Virus record (IMG/VR): IMGVR_UViG_3300045391_006539
DNA from: a virus
Lineage: Duplodnaviria > Caudoviricetes
Direction: 5' to 3' (one strand)
Length of the DNA stretch: 64,000 nt
Made by a program: the position numbers and the translations under genes. Numbering within the stretch: the stretch's first letter is position 1; each line of letters starts with the position of its first letter. The notes below the pieces were generated by a model that saw only the letters and a list, made by a program, of their open reading frames with translations, did not search any database and was not told where the DNA came from. Below are positions 27,418 through 35,528 of this stretch, piece after piece.

Positions 27418-28123
27418 CGACGTCGTCTTGCTCGAATACCGGCGTGAGAACGACGCCTACACTTTCGCGGGTAGTATCACCATCAAGGGGCAGCACGAAG
27501 AGGCCTTCCAAGGCGCCTCGTTTGTGGACATGCTCGAGCGTGCCGGGGCGGTGCTCCGGCAGTATCTGGGCTACCGCCTCATCCTCAAGCGGGGCGAAGC
27601 TCCTTACCCCATGGCCTTGCCGGAGAACATCGAGGAACTACTCCGAGACGACACGGCCGAGGCAATTCGGAGGCTCACCATTCCCCCACAACGCATCGAG
27701 ATTCGAGACCGACCCACCCGTGGCAAGAAAGACACCTTGCTCGGGGAACTTCGGCATGGCTTCGACACCCTCGCCGACGCCCTGGGCGACGAGCTCTACC
27801 TGCGACTGCAGGTGCGCCGAGATGGGTCATGGGCAGAGGACCCGGCATCCGGGCGCTGGCTACCCGTCAGTGCAGACCAACTCTGTGGCAACCTCCGCAT
27901 CGTCGAGGTCAGCCCCTATCGAGGGGCGTGGTGCACCGCTCGTACCAGCGACGTGCTCGCGCTCGGCCTCGGTCGTTACTACCTCCCACGCCGCTGGAAT
28001 CCCAGCCGTGGCTGGATTTCACACACTGCTCTCGTCGAGATGTACGAGACCTATCAGAAGGAGAAAGCCGATGCTACCAGCACGAGGAGTGACGACTCCG
28101 CAGAATCAGGGCTCCCCGCGTAA
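27404..28123 (+). CDS. Hypothetical protein
   Basis: GTG start with SD GGAGG. Confidence 0.6.
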   Translation: MRIFDDVVLLEYRRENDAYTFAGSITIKGQHEEAFQGASFVDMLERAGAVLRQYLGYRLILKRGEAPYPMALPENIEELLRDDTAEAIRRLTIPPQRIEIRDRPTRGKKDTLLGELRHGFDTLADALGDELYLRLQVRRDGSWAEDPASGRWLPVSADQLCGNLRIVEVSPYRGAWCTARTSDVLALGLGRYYLPRRWNPSRGWISHTALVEMYETYQKEKADATSTRSDDSAESGLPA

Positions 28124-28388
28124 CGAGGGTCCCGCCAACACCGTCGTCAGCGTGGCGCCAGCCCAGTTCGTCGCCGTCGAGTATTTCGACGCCGACGGCC
28201 GTCGACACCGGGACGTGGCCCTGGATGTGGGTGGCGAGTACTGGTTCGCACGGGATGGGGAGGCGTGGACGGGTGACCTGCGTCAGGCCAAGCCGTGGCT
28301 GCGCGATGGCATCAAAGCCAAACTGCCACTGCCCGAGGCGACCCGTATCACGGACAACGTGGACGTCCTACCCGCCGTCACTGCATGA
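28071..28388 (+). CDS. Hypothetical protein
   Basis: ATG 28071 with SD AAGGAG. Confidence 0.55.
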   Translation: MLPARGVTTPQNQGSPRNEGPANTVVSVAPAQFVAVEYFDADGRRHRDVALDVGGEYWFARDGEAWTGDLRQAKPWLRDGIKAKLPLPEATRITDNVDVLPAVTA

Positions 28389-28741
28389 AGTTCCAGAGCC
28401 TCGGCAGCGACCGCGTTCTCGTACGTCTCGACCCCCGCCGGACCCACACGCGCGGGGGTCTCGTCATCCCTGACACCGAGGCGCAGATGATTCGCACCGG
28501 GGTCATCTTGCAGACGGGCCCTGGCAAGTGGGTGAAAACCCGGCGTCGAGTAACCCAGGACTACCGCGAGGTTCTACGTCCCATCGAGGCGCGTGTAGGT
28601 GAAAGGGTAGCGTTTTTCATCGGTTCGGTAGATACTAAGAGCGGCCAAGCAGTTTCCTTCCATCTACGAGAGGACGAAAGACTGATTCGAGAAGAGGACG
28701 TGCTCTTCGTAATCGAGGAAGGAGACGTGGAGGTGACCTGA
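28385..28741 (+). CDS. groES: Co-chaperonin GroES (Cpn10)
   Basis: DRVLV..TRGGLVIPD..TGVILQTGPG..VGERV.F..LIREEDVLFVIE; start re-called to ATG 28385. Confidence 0.85.
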   Translation: MKFQSLGSDRVLVRLDPRRTHTRGGLVIPDTEAQMIRTGVILQTGPGKWVKTRRRVTQDYREVLRPIEARVGERVAFFIGSVDTKSGQAVSFHLREDERLIREEDVLFVIEEGDVEVT

Positions 28742-29136
28742 TGGAACCCTTGAAGAACACCAAGCCGGTCATGGCGGAAATGCTCGTTCGGCACGTCTTT
28801 GGCGAGTCGGAGAGCTTCGAACGCGTGTGTGCTCAGCGCGGAATGAACCTGACGGAGGCCGTCCACCAAGCCCTCAAGAGCTGGGTGGGACAGGCACTCC
28901 TCACGGCTCACTCCGAGCCGGCGCTGCCCGTCATTGGCATGCTCCCCGACCCCTCGGACTGTCCGCATGGTCAGGAGGCGCACTTCATCGACCTGGTCGA
29001 GCATGACCTGGCCGTACTCCGCCAGCGGCAGCAGGCCTGCTTTCGGGACAAGAACCAGGGTGAGCTCGCCAAGACCACCCAGGCCATCGAGACCCACATT
29101 CAGGCCTTGGCCGCGCTGCGCGAGCGGGTGGCATGA
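28741..29136 (+). CDS. Hypothetical protein
   Basis: TGATG-coupled, SD GGAGG. Confidence 0.55.
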   Translation: MEPLKNTKPVMAEMLVRHVFGESESFERVCAQRGMNLTEAVHQALKSWVGQALLTAHSEPALPVIGMLPDPSDCPHGQEAHFIDLVEHDLAVLRQRQQACFRDKNQGELAKTTQAIETHIQALAALRERVA

Positions 29137-29393
29137 GATTCGTCCACCTCACGAGTCCCGGGCGCCTGGAGTTCAATTGGCTCTGGGCGCCGACGTGGGT
29201 CGGGATGAACAACCAGTTGAAGGGTCAGCTCGAGCGGGACCTCGGTGAGGCAGTGCGTGTGGCGGGGATGCCCGCCACCGAGGAGAACCTCGACCAAATT
29301 CACGAGGTCTTGCTCGACTTGCTCGTCGAGCGTTACCCCGAGGTGCCGGGTCTGCGGGACTATCTCGACGGTATCAAGTTCGTACGGCCATGA
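29133..29393 (+). CDS. Hypothetical protein
   Basis: ATGA-coupled. Confidence 0.55.
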   Translation: MRFVHLTSPGRLEFNWLWAPTWVGMNNQLKGQLERDLGEAVRVAGMPATEENLDQIHEVLLDLLVERYPEVPGLRDYLDGIKFVRP

Positions 29394-29572
29394 CGACCAA
29401 GAAGAAGGGAAAAGACTCCAATCCGCACGTCTCCATCCGCATCCCCTTGAAGCTTCGTGACGACATCAATGACTACGCCAAGCGTCACAACACGACGGTC
29501 TCGGTGCTCACGCGTAGTTATTACGAGCAGCTTCTCGCGGCAGATGGTCCGCAAGATGCAGAGCAAATCTGA
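29390..29572 (+). CDS. Ribbon-helix-helix (CopG/Arc-like) DNA-binding protein
   Basis: HVSIRIPLKLRDDINDYAKRHNTTVSVLTR. Confidence 0.7.
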   Translation: MTTKKKGKDSNPHVSIRIPLKLRDDINDYAKRHNTTVSVLTRSYYEQLLAADGPQDAEQI

Positions 29573-30150
29573 TGGAAGGCTACGAGGAGAAGACCAGCTC
29601 CGTCACGGTTCCAAAGAACACTGGCGTCGAGGGCTTCATGCGTACGCTCAGGGGCATCCTCGAGCTACGCAACGTGCAGAGCATTGCCATCGACGCACGT
29701 GGCACGGTGAGTTACACGCGCTACGTTCGGCAAGGTGAGACTCCAGTCCAGCTCGCCGTCGACTATACGAGCGTCGAGCCTTGGGCCATCATCCGTAATG
29801 GCGAGCTCGAGGAGGTGGATACGCGAGGACTGCCCGCGGCGAGCGTCGTCGCACTCCTCTTCAACCGTGTGGCGAGTGAGGGGCTCGTACCCATCGCCTT
29901 TGCTTCTGGAGCAGGCACGTTCTTCTGGAGCTGGCACGAAGAAACGAGTGGCATACGCCTCTCGCGTCGTGGTCAGGTCTACGGACTGCCTCTCTACATC
30001 GACCGGCAGATGCCCGACCATTCCCTAGTTCTCTGTGCTGCCCATGTGCGCGGAAGTCTCGTAGACTGCCATCGTTTTCTCACGGTGACGATGGCTCTGC
30101 CGCTTTCGGTGCAGGCCATACCGCCGCCGACGGAGGTGCAGATACTATGA
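29572..30150 (+). CDS. Hypothetical protein
   Basis: Coupled ORF. Confidence 0.6.
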   Translation: MEGYEEKTSSVTVPKNTGVEGFMRTLRGILELRNVQSIAIDARGTVSYTRYVRQGETPVQLAVDYTSVEPWAIIRNGELEEVDTRGLPAASVVALLFNRVASEGLVPIAFASGAGTFFWSWHEETSGIRLSRRGQVYGLPLYIDRQMPDHSLVLCAAHVRGSLVDCHRFLTVTMALPLSVQAIPPPTEVQIL

Positions 30151-30635
30151 GCTACGAAAGCAAGGCAGCCGTGCTGCAGGCCGGCATCGTTCCAGAGACC
30201 ATGCTCAAAGAGCTCGAGCGTTGGGGATTGTCCGTGCCGCCCACCATCATCGAGGAGAACCAGCGCCTCGCGCTCGAGAACATCCGCGAGGCACTCGAGA
30301 GCCGTGAGCTCGTAGAGGTGCGCATTACGGACCTCGATGCTCTGCGCTCGTATCACGAGAGGAGCCGCACCGGTCGCCTCTACTTCGGGGCACATCGGAA
30401 CGGGACCAAGAAGACCCCGACCTTCGTCGAGGTCACGTTCGTGAGGACGGCAGCCGGGGACTACCTCATCCCCTGGACGCACGAGGACATCTATGACCTC
30501 ATGCTCGATGACACCACCTATCTCAAGCCGGTGGGTGAACCACGCGTCTACTTCTCCGACGTCTCGGAGCTCTATTACGGTAGGCGGAAGTTTTTCATGG
30601 TCTGCCGCCCCGCTCCCGAAGAGGTCAAGCGATGA
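30147..30635 (+). CDS. Hypothetical protein
   Basis: Coupled ORF. Confidence 0.6.
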   Translation: MSYESKAAVLQAGIVPETMLKELERWGLSVPPTIIEENQRLALENIREALESRELVEVRITDLDALRSYHERSRTGRLYFGAHRNGTKKTPTFVEVTFVRTAAGDYLIPWTHEDIYDLMLDDTTYLKPVGEPRVYFSDVSELYYGRRKFFMVCRPAPEEVKR

Positions 30636-31072
30636 GCCTCCAGGAGCGCTTCAGTGAACTCTGTGCCGCACTGCAGGCCAAGAGTGGCGCAACGGTAGTA
30701 CCGGGTAGTGAGACCATCACCCCAACCCAGGTTCGTTTCAACGTCCGCGTCCAGCCTGGTAACGATGCCCGGCGTTGGCTCAAACTCACCAAGAACATCT
30801 TGATTCTGGCGCGTACGGCGCGTTGGACCACGGATATCTCTCGACAGTACTTCCTCGACCCTACGGACGAAGTCCGCTGGGGCTGGCGCCTCATCTTTCA
30901 GGGGCAGGAACTCGAGTCTTCCCTCGCTCTGCTCGCGCAGTCCGTGCGCAGTTACGCCATCCAGGCCTCACAGCAGCTCGAAGAAGTACCCCTGCATGGC
31001 AGCCCAAATCGTTCGAGGGGTGCCGGTCTCACGGGTACGGTACCCGTTGGTCCTTTCGCCACCCGAGGATGA
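30632..31072 (+). CDS. Hypothetical protein
   Basis: Coupled ORF. Confidence 0.6.
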   Translation: MSLQERFSELCAALQAKSGATVVPGSETITPTQVRFNVRVQPGNDARRWLKLTKNILILARTARWTTDISRQYFLDPTDEVRWGWRLIFQGQELESSLALLAQSVRSYAIQASQQLEEVPLHGSPNRSRGAGLTGTVPVGPFATRG

Positions 31073-31075
31073 GCC

Positions 31076-31723
31076 ATGCCCGTCGCTCCAGTTCTCTACT
31101 CCGACACTCCCGAAGCCACGCCACGCATCCTCACCGAGGAGGAGAAGGCAGCCCTGGCTCAGGACCAGGTCATCCAGGACTTGAAGCGCGCCGCTGCCGG
31201 CGTGGCCAAGTTCAAAATCGAGCTCATGTTCACGGCTCAGTTCTCCATCATCAAGCCCGTGCAGGGTGTGGTGAGCTTCTGGGAGAGTGGGTCGAAGCTG
31301 CACGGTGGTGGTGACACCATCATTCACTTCTGCCCCGGCAAACGGCTCGGTAAGAACCAGTGTGAGCACTACATCCCAGACCCTTCTCACGGCTATGGGT
31401 TTCTGGTCTGTCCGGCGTGCAACAACCTCTGGAACGGTGACCAGGTCTATGGCCAGGTCCTCGCTCGTCTCACGGCGCAGGACTGGGCGAAGCTGCTCGA
31501 AAAGTACTACCGCAAGCTGGACATGAACTGCGATATCGTCATCAAGTACCAGCGTGAGGACATTCGCAATGCACATCGCCACCGGCTCCAGGTGGACAAG
31601 CTCGCCGACGTGCGTTCGGCGCCCAAACGGCTGCGGCGTATCTACACCCTGCAGAGCCTGATGGCAGACATGGCCGGTGGGTCGAGCCTGTACGATAGGA
31701 TATTGTCCTTTGTGAAGGCCTGA
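31076..31723 (+). CDS. Hypothetical Zn-binding protein
   Basis: FCPG..QCEH..VCPACN. Confidence 0.6.
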   Translation: MPVAPVLYSDTPEATPRILTEEEKAALAQDQVIQDLKRAAAGVAKFKIELMFTAQFSIIKPVQGVVSFWESGSKLHGGGDTIIHFCPGKRLGKNQCEHYIPDPSHGYGFLVCPACNNLWNGDQVYGQVLARLTAQDWAKLLEKYYRKLDMNCDIVIKYQREDIRNAHRHRLQVDKLADVRSAPKRLRRIYTLQSLMADMAGGSSLYDRILSFVKA

Positions 31724-31726
31724 ATC

Positions 31727-32092
31727 ATGTCCAAACCCCTCCGCACCAACCCCGCCTACGCCCACCTCGCCTATCAGAAGTCTCTCATCAACAAGACTAT
31801 CCTGTATTTGAGGCGGACCTTCCTGGGCGACGAAATCAGCGACCCACGCGAGATTCTGGTCTGTGAGGAGGTCTTCCAGCAAGACCAGCAGGTCCCGCAG
31901 GAGGCCGTACAGCACTACATCGAGAAGCTCACCGAGGAGGCGGCAGGTCTCGACGTGGAGCTCCGACGCTTCCAGCTCGTCGCTCCCATCAACTCTCCGC
32001 CAGGTCGCAATGAACAGAAAAACCAAAAGGGCCCAAGGAAGCAACACCCGAAGGGCGGTGCGCAGCACGGCCAAGGCCGCCGGACTCACTGA
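31727..32092 (+). CDS. Hypothetical protein
   Basis: In operon, GC3-rich. Confidence 0.55.
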   Translation: MSKPLRTNPAYAHLAYQKSLINKTILYLRRTFLGDEISDPREILVCEEVFQQDQQVPQEAVQHYIEKLTEEAAGLDVELRRFQLVAPINSPPGRNEQKNQKGPRKQHPKGGAQHGQGRRTH

Positions 32093-32621
32093 GCCGACTG
32101 CCGACGAGAAGGACCCTGCGTTCCTCGCGCTGCAGGTCAAGGCCCTGCGCACGAGCGTCCAGCAGCTCATCGACACCCAAGGACTCAACCTCCGGAGCAT
32201 CTCCGAGGCATTCCAGATGGTGGACTTGCATCAGCAGGTGCTCACACGCGTTGCTCGTCACGTGACCGCGGCCGTGGTGCGCGTACGCAGGCTGCAAGTC
32301 GACGGGGACGTCGACATGCACACCTCCGACTTTGCCGAGCTCAAGCTGCTAGAAGAGGGCGGCCTCGACATGGAAGGCTACTACCGAGAGCGCACTCAGG
32401 TCATCGAGCTCGCTGGTAGTCAGGACCTCGCCGACCTCGCCGTGTCCTTCTGGGCCAAGGGACTATCGGTCGAGGATTCGATACGTCGTGCTAAGTTGAG
32501 CACTCGTAACGAACAGTCCGTCCCCGACTCGGAAGAAGAGTACGAGGACCAGTTCTTTGGAGGCACGAGTGGCCAAGATAATCACCAGCAAGTCCCGCCG
32601 AGCGCCAGTGAGGGTGGGTAA
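32010..32621 (+). CDS. Hypothetical protein
   Basis: Start re-called to ATG 32010 (MNRKTKR). Confidence 0.55.
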   Translation: MNRKTKRAQGSNTRRAVRSTAKAAGLTEPTADEKDPAFLALQVKALRTSVQQLIDTQGLNLRSISEAFQMVDLHQQVLTRVARHVTAAVVRVRRLQVDGDVDMHTSDFAELKLLEEGGLDMEGYYRERTQVIELAGSQDLADLAVSFWAKGLSVEDSIRRAKLSTRNEQSVPDSEEEYEDQFFGGTSGQDNHQQVPPSASEGG

Positions 32622-32778
32622 CGTCGACGTCCACTACGGCAATGCGCCACAGATGGGCGGCTTCAAGCACTTTCGCGCGGGCTACGAGCTTGCCAAGCCC
32701 ACAACGCTCGCCGATGGTCGCGAAGGTTTCGTGACCCCCACGGGCAAGACCTTCACCATCAAAAAGATGAGTTCTTGA
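32569..32778 (+). CDS. Small basic hypothetical protein
   Basis: GTG 32569 with SD GGAGG. Confidence 0.55.
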   Translation: MAKIITSKSRRAPVRVGNVDVHYGNAPQMGGFKHFRAGYELAKPTTLADGREGFVTPTGKTFTIKKMSS

Positions 32779-33169
32779 GCATCGCCCAGCTGTAGTCCTG
32801 AGGCATGGTGCCGACGATATCGAAACCATGCTTGCGGTAGAGAGCAAGGGCTGCATCATTGCCCTTGCGTACCGTGAGCATGGTTTTTGACGTGAGGCTG
32901 GATGCCGTTTTCAGGAGTGCCGAAGCGACTCCCGTTCGCCGATACTTCTCGCGCACACCGAGACGTAAGATGTCGGTGATGAGCTCGTCCCTGCGGCAGA
33001 GGGTGTAGCCCACGAGCGTTTCTCCGTCGTAGACTACCCAGCTCGTGCCTTGCTGAACTTCATGGGCCAGCGTACGCTCATTGAAGTTATTGTCGGGGAA
33101 CAGTTCGTACTCGACGTCGAACAAGTTCTCGATGTCATTCTGATTTGCCAGACGGAGAGTGAATTTCAT
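32759..33169 (-). CDS. GNAT-family (RimI-like) N-acetyltransferase
   Basis: ILRLGVREKYRRTGVASALL motif A; LTVRKGNDAALALYRKHGF motif B; fold starts at MKFTLR. Confidence 0.85.
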   Translation of the reverse strand: MKFTLRLANQNDIENLFDVEYELFPDNNFNERTLAHEVQQGTSWVVYDGETLVGYTLCRRDELITDILRLGVREKYRRTGVASALLKTASSLTSKTMLTVRKGNDAALALYRKHGFDIVGTMPQDYSWAMLKNSSF

Positions 33170-33410
33170 GAGTTTAGACGTGTCGAAGTTGATGGTAGAG
33201 GTATGCGTCATCACTGATGAGAGCCTCGGTGCAGACTCCGTAGACGTGGACACTGCCGACCGTCAGGTCATTGAGGCTGTCGTAGACCAAGACATCGAAG
33301 CCTTCGCAGATTTCTATACCAGGTTTCTGAAGAACGGTAGTCTCATCCCATTTGAACGAGCTGCCATCAAGACCTACATCGCCTGGAAGCTCGGTCTCGG
33401 TAAGAAGTGA
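33168..33410 (+). CDS. Hypothetical protein
   Basis: ATG 33168, GGAG upstream. Confidence 0.55.
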   Translation: MSLDVSKLMVEVCVITDESLGADSVDVDTADRQVIEAVVDQDIEAFADFYTRFLKNGSLIPFERAAIKTYIAWKLGLGKK

Positions 33411-33802
33411 TGCCGGGTCCCGCCATTCGGGGCCGCTGCATCAAGGAGATAGAAGTGCCCAAGAAATCTGGAGTCCACTACGAGTGTGAGCGCTGCGAGC
33501 GCGACTGGTTCAGTGAGAAGGAAGTCGACACGGCCAAGATTGTCGTGCGCTTTCAGAGTCCGAGCGCGGCCTCGCTCGATGCGGAGTACGACATCCTCTG
33601 TGATAGTTGTGCCCAGACCGTGGAGAATCTAGTGCGTTCCATCGCGCGCGAGCTCAAGAAACTCCCTGCGGACAAGTCCAAGGCTAAGAAAGAGAGGCCG
33701 AGCCTCTCTCCCCCCAATGGCTCTATGACAGTCGCTGAGACAGAGCCACCATCGAGAGCGCTGGATGTCCATGCTCCCGCTTCCCACGCCAAGTCACGAT
33801 GA
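33407..33802 (+). CDS. Zn-finger hypothetical protein
   Basis: YECERC..ILCDSC; true start may be downstream at VPKK. Confidence 0.55.
   Translation: MMPGPAIRGRCIKEIEVPKKSGVHYECERCERDWFSEKEVDTAKIVVRFQSPSAASLDAEYDILCDSCAQTVENLVRSIARELKKLPADKSKAKKERPSLSPPNGSMTVAETEPPSRALDVHAPASHAKSR
33682..33709 (-). terminator. Intrinsic terminator with TAGCC tail
   Basis: Stem AGAGAGGC/GCCTCTCT; minus strand continues TTCTTAGCC; just past the stop at 33723. Confidence 0.6.
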
Positions 33803-34385
33803 GCGTGTGTGGGATTCCTTGTAAGTCCCCACGCCGTTCGATTCTGAAGGACGCACTCGGTATCATCCGCAAGAGGTAGGCGTTACTTCCTTGCGGCATC
33901 TTGCCTTTGCACACGATGGTCACTCCTTGTGGGGGGAACATCGAATCGTAGGTTCTCCGAACGCGTTTCGTCTTTTCGTCCACCCACTCCGTGAATGCCG
34001 AGCTCTTGAATTTGACCCGGCCCTTCTGCTCCGTCGTCTCGACGAGGACTAGAGCATCATCGCTTCGTTCATGCTCCCGAATGACCACACCCGACCTCGA
34101 TAGGTCGGCACGCAGGAGTGCTGGTGACTCTTTCTCCACGGTCATCACCAGCTTTCTGATTCGTCTGAGTTCTTCCTGACTCAAGCTCCTATCCTTGTAC
34201 ATCCCGCGAGAGAGGCACTCGCGCAACCGACTCGAGACTCGATAACGAGCGGCCAGTAGTCCACTACTGAGCCTCGAATCCAGTGCGACGCGTGCGTCGC
34301 CCACTTCTATGCAAAATCCCCCGGTCTCCGTCTCGCTCAAATGAATGCCGACGATGGCGTCCTCGTCGACACGATAACATCGCAT
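33723..34385 (-). CDS. Hypothetical protein
   Basis: SD GAGGAGGAG; own promoter and terminator. Confidence 0.65.
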   Translation of the reverse strand: MRCYRVDEDAIVGIHLSETETGGFCIEVGDARVALDSRLSSGLLAARYRVSSRLRECLSRGMYKDRSLSQEELRRIRKLVMTVEKESPALLRADLSRSGVVIREHERSDDALVLVETTEQKGRVKFKSSAFTEWVDEKTKRVRRTYDSMFPPQGVTIVCKGKMPQGSNAYLLRMIPSASFRIERRGDLQGIPHTLIVTWRGKREHGHPALSMVALSQRLS

Positions 34386-34417
34386 TTCTCCTCCTCGATG
34401 AATGCGCTCTACATTTC

Positions 34418-34444
34418 TTATCCCGTCAGTCTCATCAATTTTTC
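34418..34444 (-). promoter_or_regulatory. Sigma28-like promoter GAAA-N15-CGGGATAA
   Basis: Motif copy 33 nt upstream of ATG 34385. Confidence 0.65.
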
Positions 34445-34445
34445 A

Positions 34446-34494
34446 GGCTAGTGAGAAGTCTGTCGTGGACGCCGTGTCACTCATGGACACGGCG
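34446..34494 (-). terminator. Hairpin plus TAGCC tail (atypical spacing)
   Basis: CGCCGTGTC/GACACGGCG stem 34470-34494; GGCTA at 34446 on +. Confidence 0.4.
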
Positions 34495-34526
34495 CCTCTC
34501 CTTTCTTCTCTTTCGGTCTACCGAGC

Positions 34527-35030
34527 TCAGCTCTGGGGAGCACCCAGCGCAAGGCGCACCTGACCCGACTCGATGAGTCCCTTGGTCGCGTCGATGGCCT
34601 GTTGTTCACGTGCACCTCGACCCCATTTGCTGCCGACATAGGTCACACCAGCGTAGGTGGCCACGAGGGTGACACCAACGACGACGGATGGGATGGCGAC
34701 CTGTGCGAACTGCTGCGTGTAGGTCTTCGCAGACTGCCCATTGCCTGCCAGCTTCTCGAGGGCGGAGGTCAGCCGAGTGAAGCTGTCACCTTCCGTACCA
34801 CCCGCGGGCGGGATGTCGGTCTTGTTGGTCTTGCTGGTCTTCTCGGTCTCGGTCTTCTCGGTCTCGGTCTTCATGACTTCTAGTTCTCCTTCGAGGGGAT
34901 AGTCTTCCCCTTCATCATCGTTATTCCCGGAATCGAGCCATTTTTGCTCGGGGTCCAGACTCGACAACTTGCCACCGGCGTTCTTCATCTCGCCTTGTAG
35001 CTCTCGTGACAGGTCTTCGATGTTGCCCAT
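34527..35030 (-). CDS. Single-pass membrane protein; possible internal start at 34874
   Basis: TM VAIPSVVVGVTLVATYAGVTYV; KTETE repeat. Confidence 0.55.
   Translation of the reverse strand: MGNIEDLSRELQGEMKNAGGKLSSLDPEQKWLDSGNNDDEGEDYPLEGELEVMKTETEKTETEKTSKTNKTDIPPAGGTEGDSFTRLTSALEKLAGNGQSAKTYTQQFAQVAIPSVVVGVTLVATYAGVTYVGSKWGRGAREQQAIDATKGLIESGQVRLALGAPQS
34921..34947 (-). promoter_or_regulatory. Sigma28-like promoter GCAA-N15-GGGAATAA (intragenic)
   Basis: Exact motif 47 nt upstream of in-frame ATG 34874, which has SD AAGGAG. Confidence 0.6.
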
Positions 35031-35039
35031 GTGAGCACC

Positions 35040-35300
35040 TCATCGCTGCTGTGCTGCTCTCCTGTAATGAGCCTGCAGCTCTACTCCACGAGCAAGGATG
35101 TCGATGGCACCACGAGCCTCGAGTTCCGCGATATCTTCATTCGAGAGAGTGACGTCGAGCACGACGTTGTGGTGCTGCGTCGCACCCTCGGCTGCCTTCT
35201 TCAAGGCACGCCTGGGTATGACGATTTCTCGCAAGACGCGATTGGTGATGCCGACGACTGGGACTGCCGCGATGTATGCGATGACTGGGATGAAAAACAT
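35040..35300 (-). CDS. Small membrane-anchored protein
   Basis: SD GGAGG; hydrophobic N-terminus. Confidence 0.6.
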   Translation of the reverse strand: MFFIPVIAYIAAVPVVGITNRVLREIVIPRRALKKAAEGATQHHNVVLDVTLSNEDIAELEARGAIDILARGVELQAHYRRAAQQR

Positions 35301-35319
35301 GTTCCTACCTCCAGATGTG

Positions 35320-35346
35320 TTATTCCCGAATCACCACTGGAATTGA
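35320..35346 (-). promoter_or_regulatory. Sigma28-like promoter TCAA-N15-GGGAATAA
   Basis: Motif copy 20 nt upstream of ATG 35300. Confidence 0.7.
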
Positions 35347-35348
35347 GT

Positions 35349-35394
35349 GGCTAAAAAGAGGCACTCGTGGGTGGGATAGCCCTACGAGTGCCTC
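35349..35394 (-). terminator. Strong intrinsic terminator with TAGCC tail
   Basis: 14-position inverted repeat 35358-35371 / 35381-35394 (one imperfect pair); minus strand continues TTTTTAGCC. Confidence 0.75.
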
Positions 35395-35475
35395 GGAGCC
35401 TGCATCTGACTCCGACGGAAAGACGAGCATGCAGAGGCGTCGACTCACTCTGAATGGGAAGTCTCGTTCTCCATC
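35350..35475 (-). ncRNA. Candidate small RNA or micro-ORF transcript (~125 nt)
   Basis: Bounded by promoter 35483-35509 and terminator 35349-35394; the only ORF contained inside is 9 codons. Confidence 0.4.
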
Positions 35476-35482
35476 AGATTGG

Positions 35483-35509
35483 TTATCCCAGGTCCCGCAC
35501 CGTTTTTGC
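35483..35509 (-). promoter_or_regulatory. Sigma28-like promoter GCAA-N15-TGGGATAA
   Basis: Exact motif copy in an intergenic region. Confidence 0.65.
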
Positions 35510-35513
35510 GGGG

Positions 35514-35522
35514 TGCTAGCAT
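35514..35522 (+). promoter_or_regulatory. Extended -10 (TGC-TAGCAT), leaderless start of tape measure
   Basis: 6 nt before ATG 35529; no SD. Confidence 0.5.
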
Positions 35523-35528
35523 CTACCG

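Noticed and set aside
34446-34513. 13-codon minus-strand micro-ORF (MSDTASTTDFSLA) after an SD-like purine run
   Set aside because: Start codon lies in a hairpin loop and there is no other support
35396-35482. Hammerhead ribozyme in the orphan unit
   Set aside because: CTGA and GAAA-like pieces occur but the CUGANGA core is not intact on either strand
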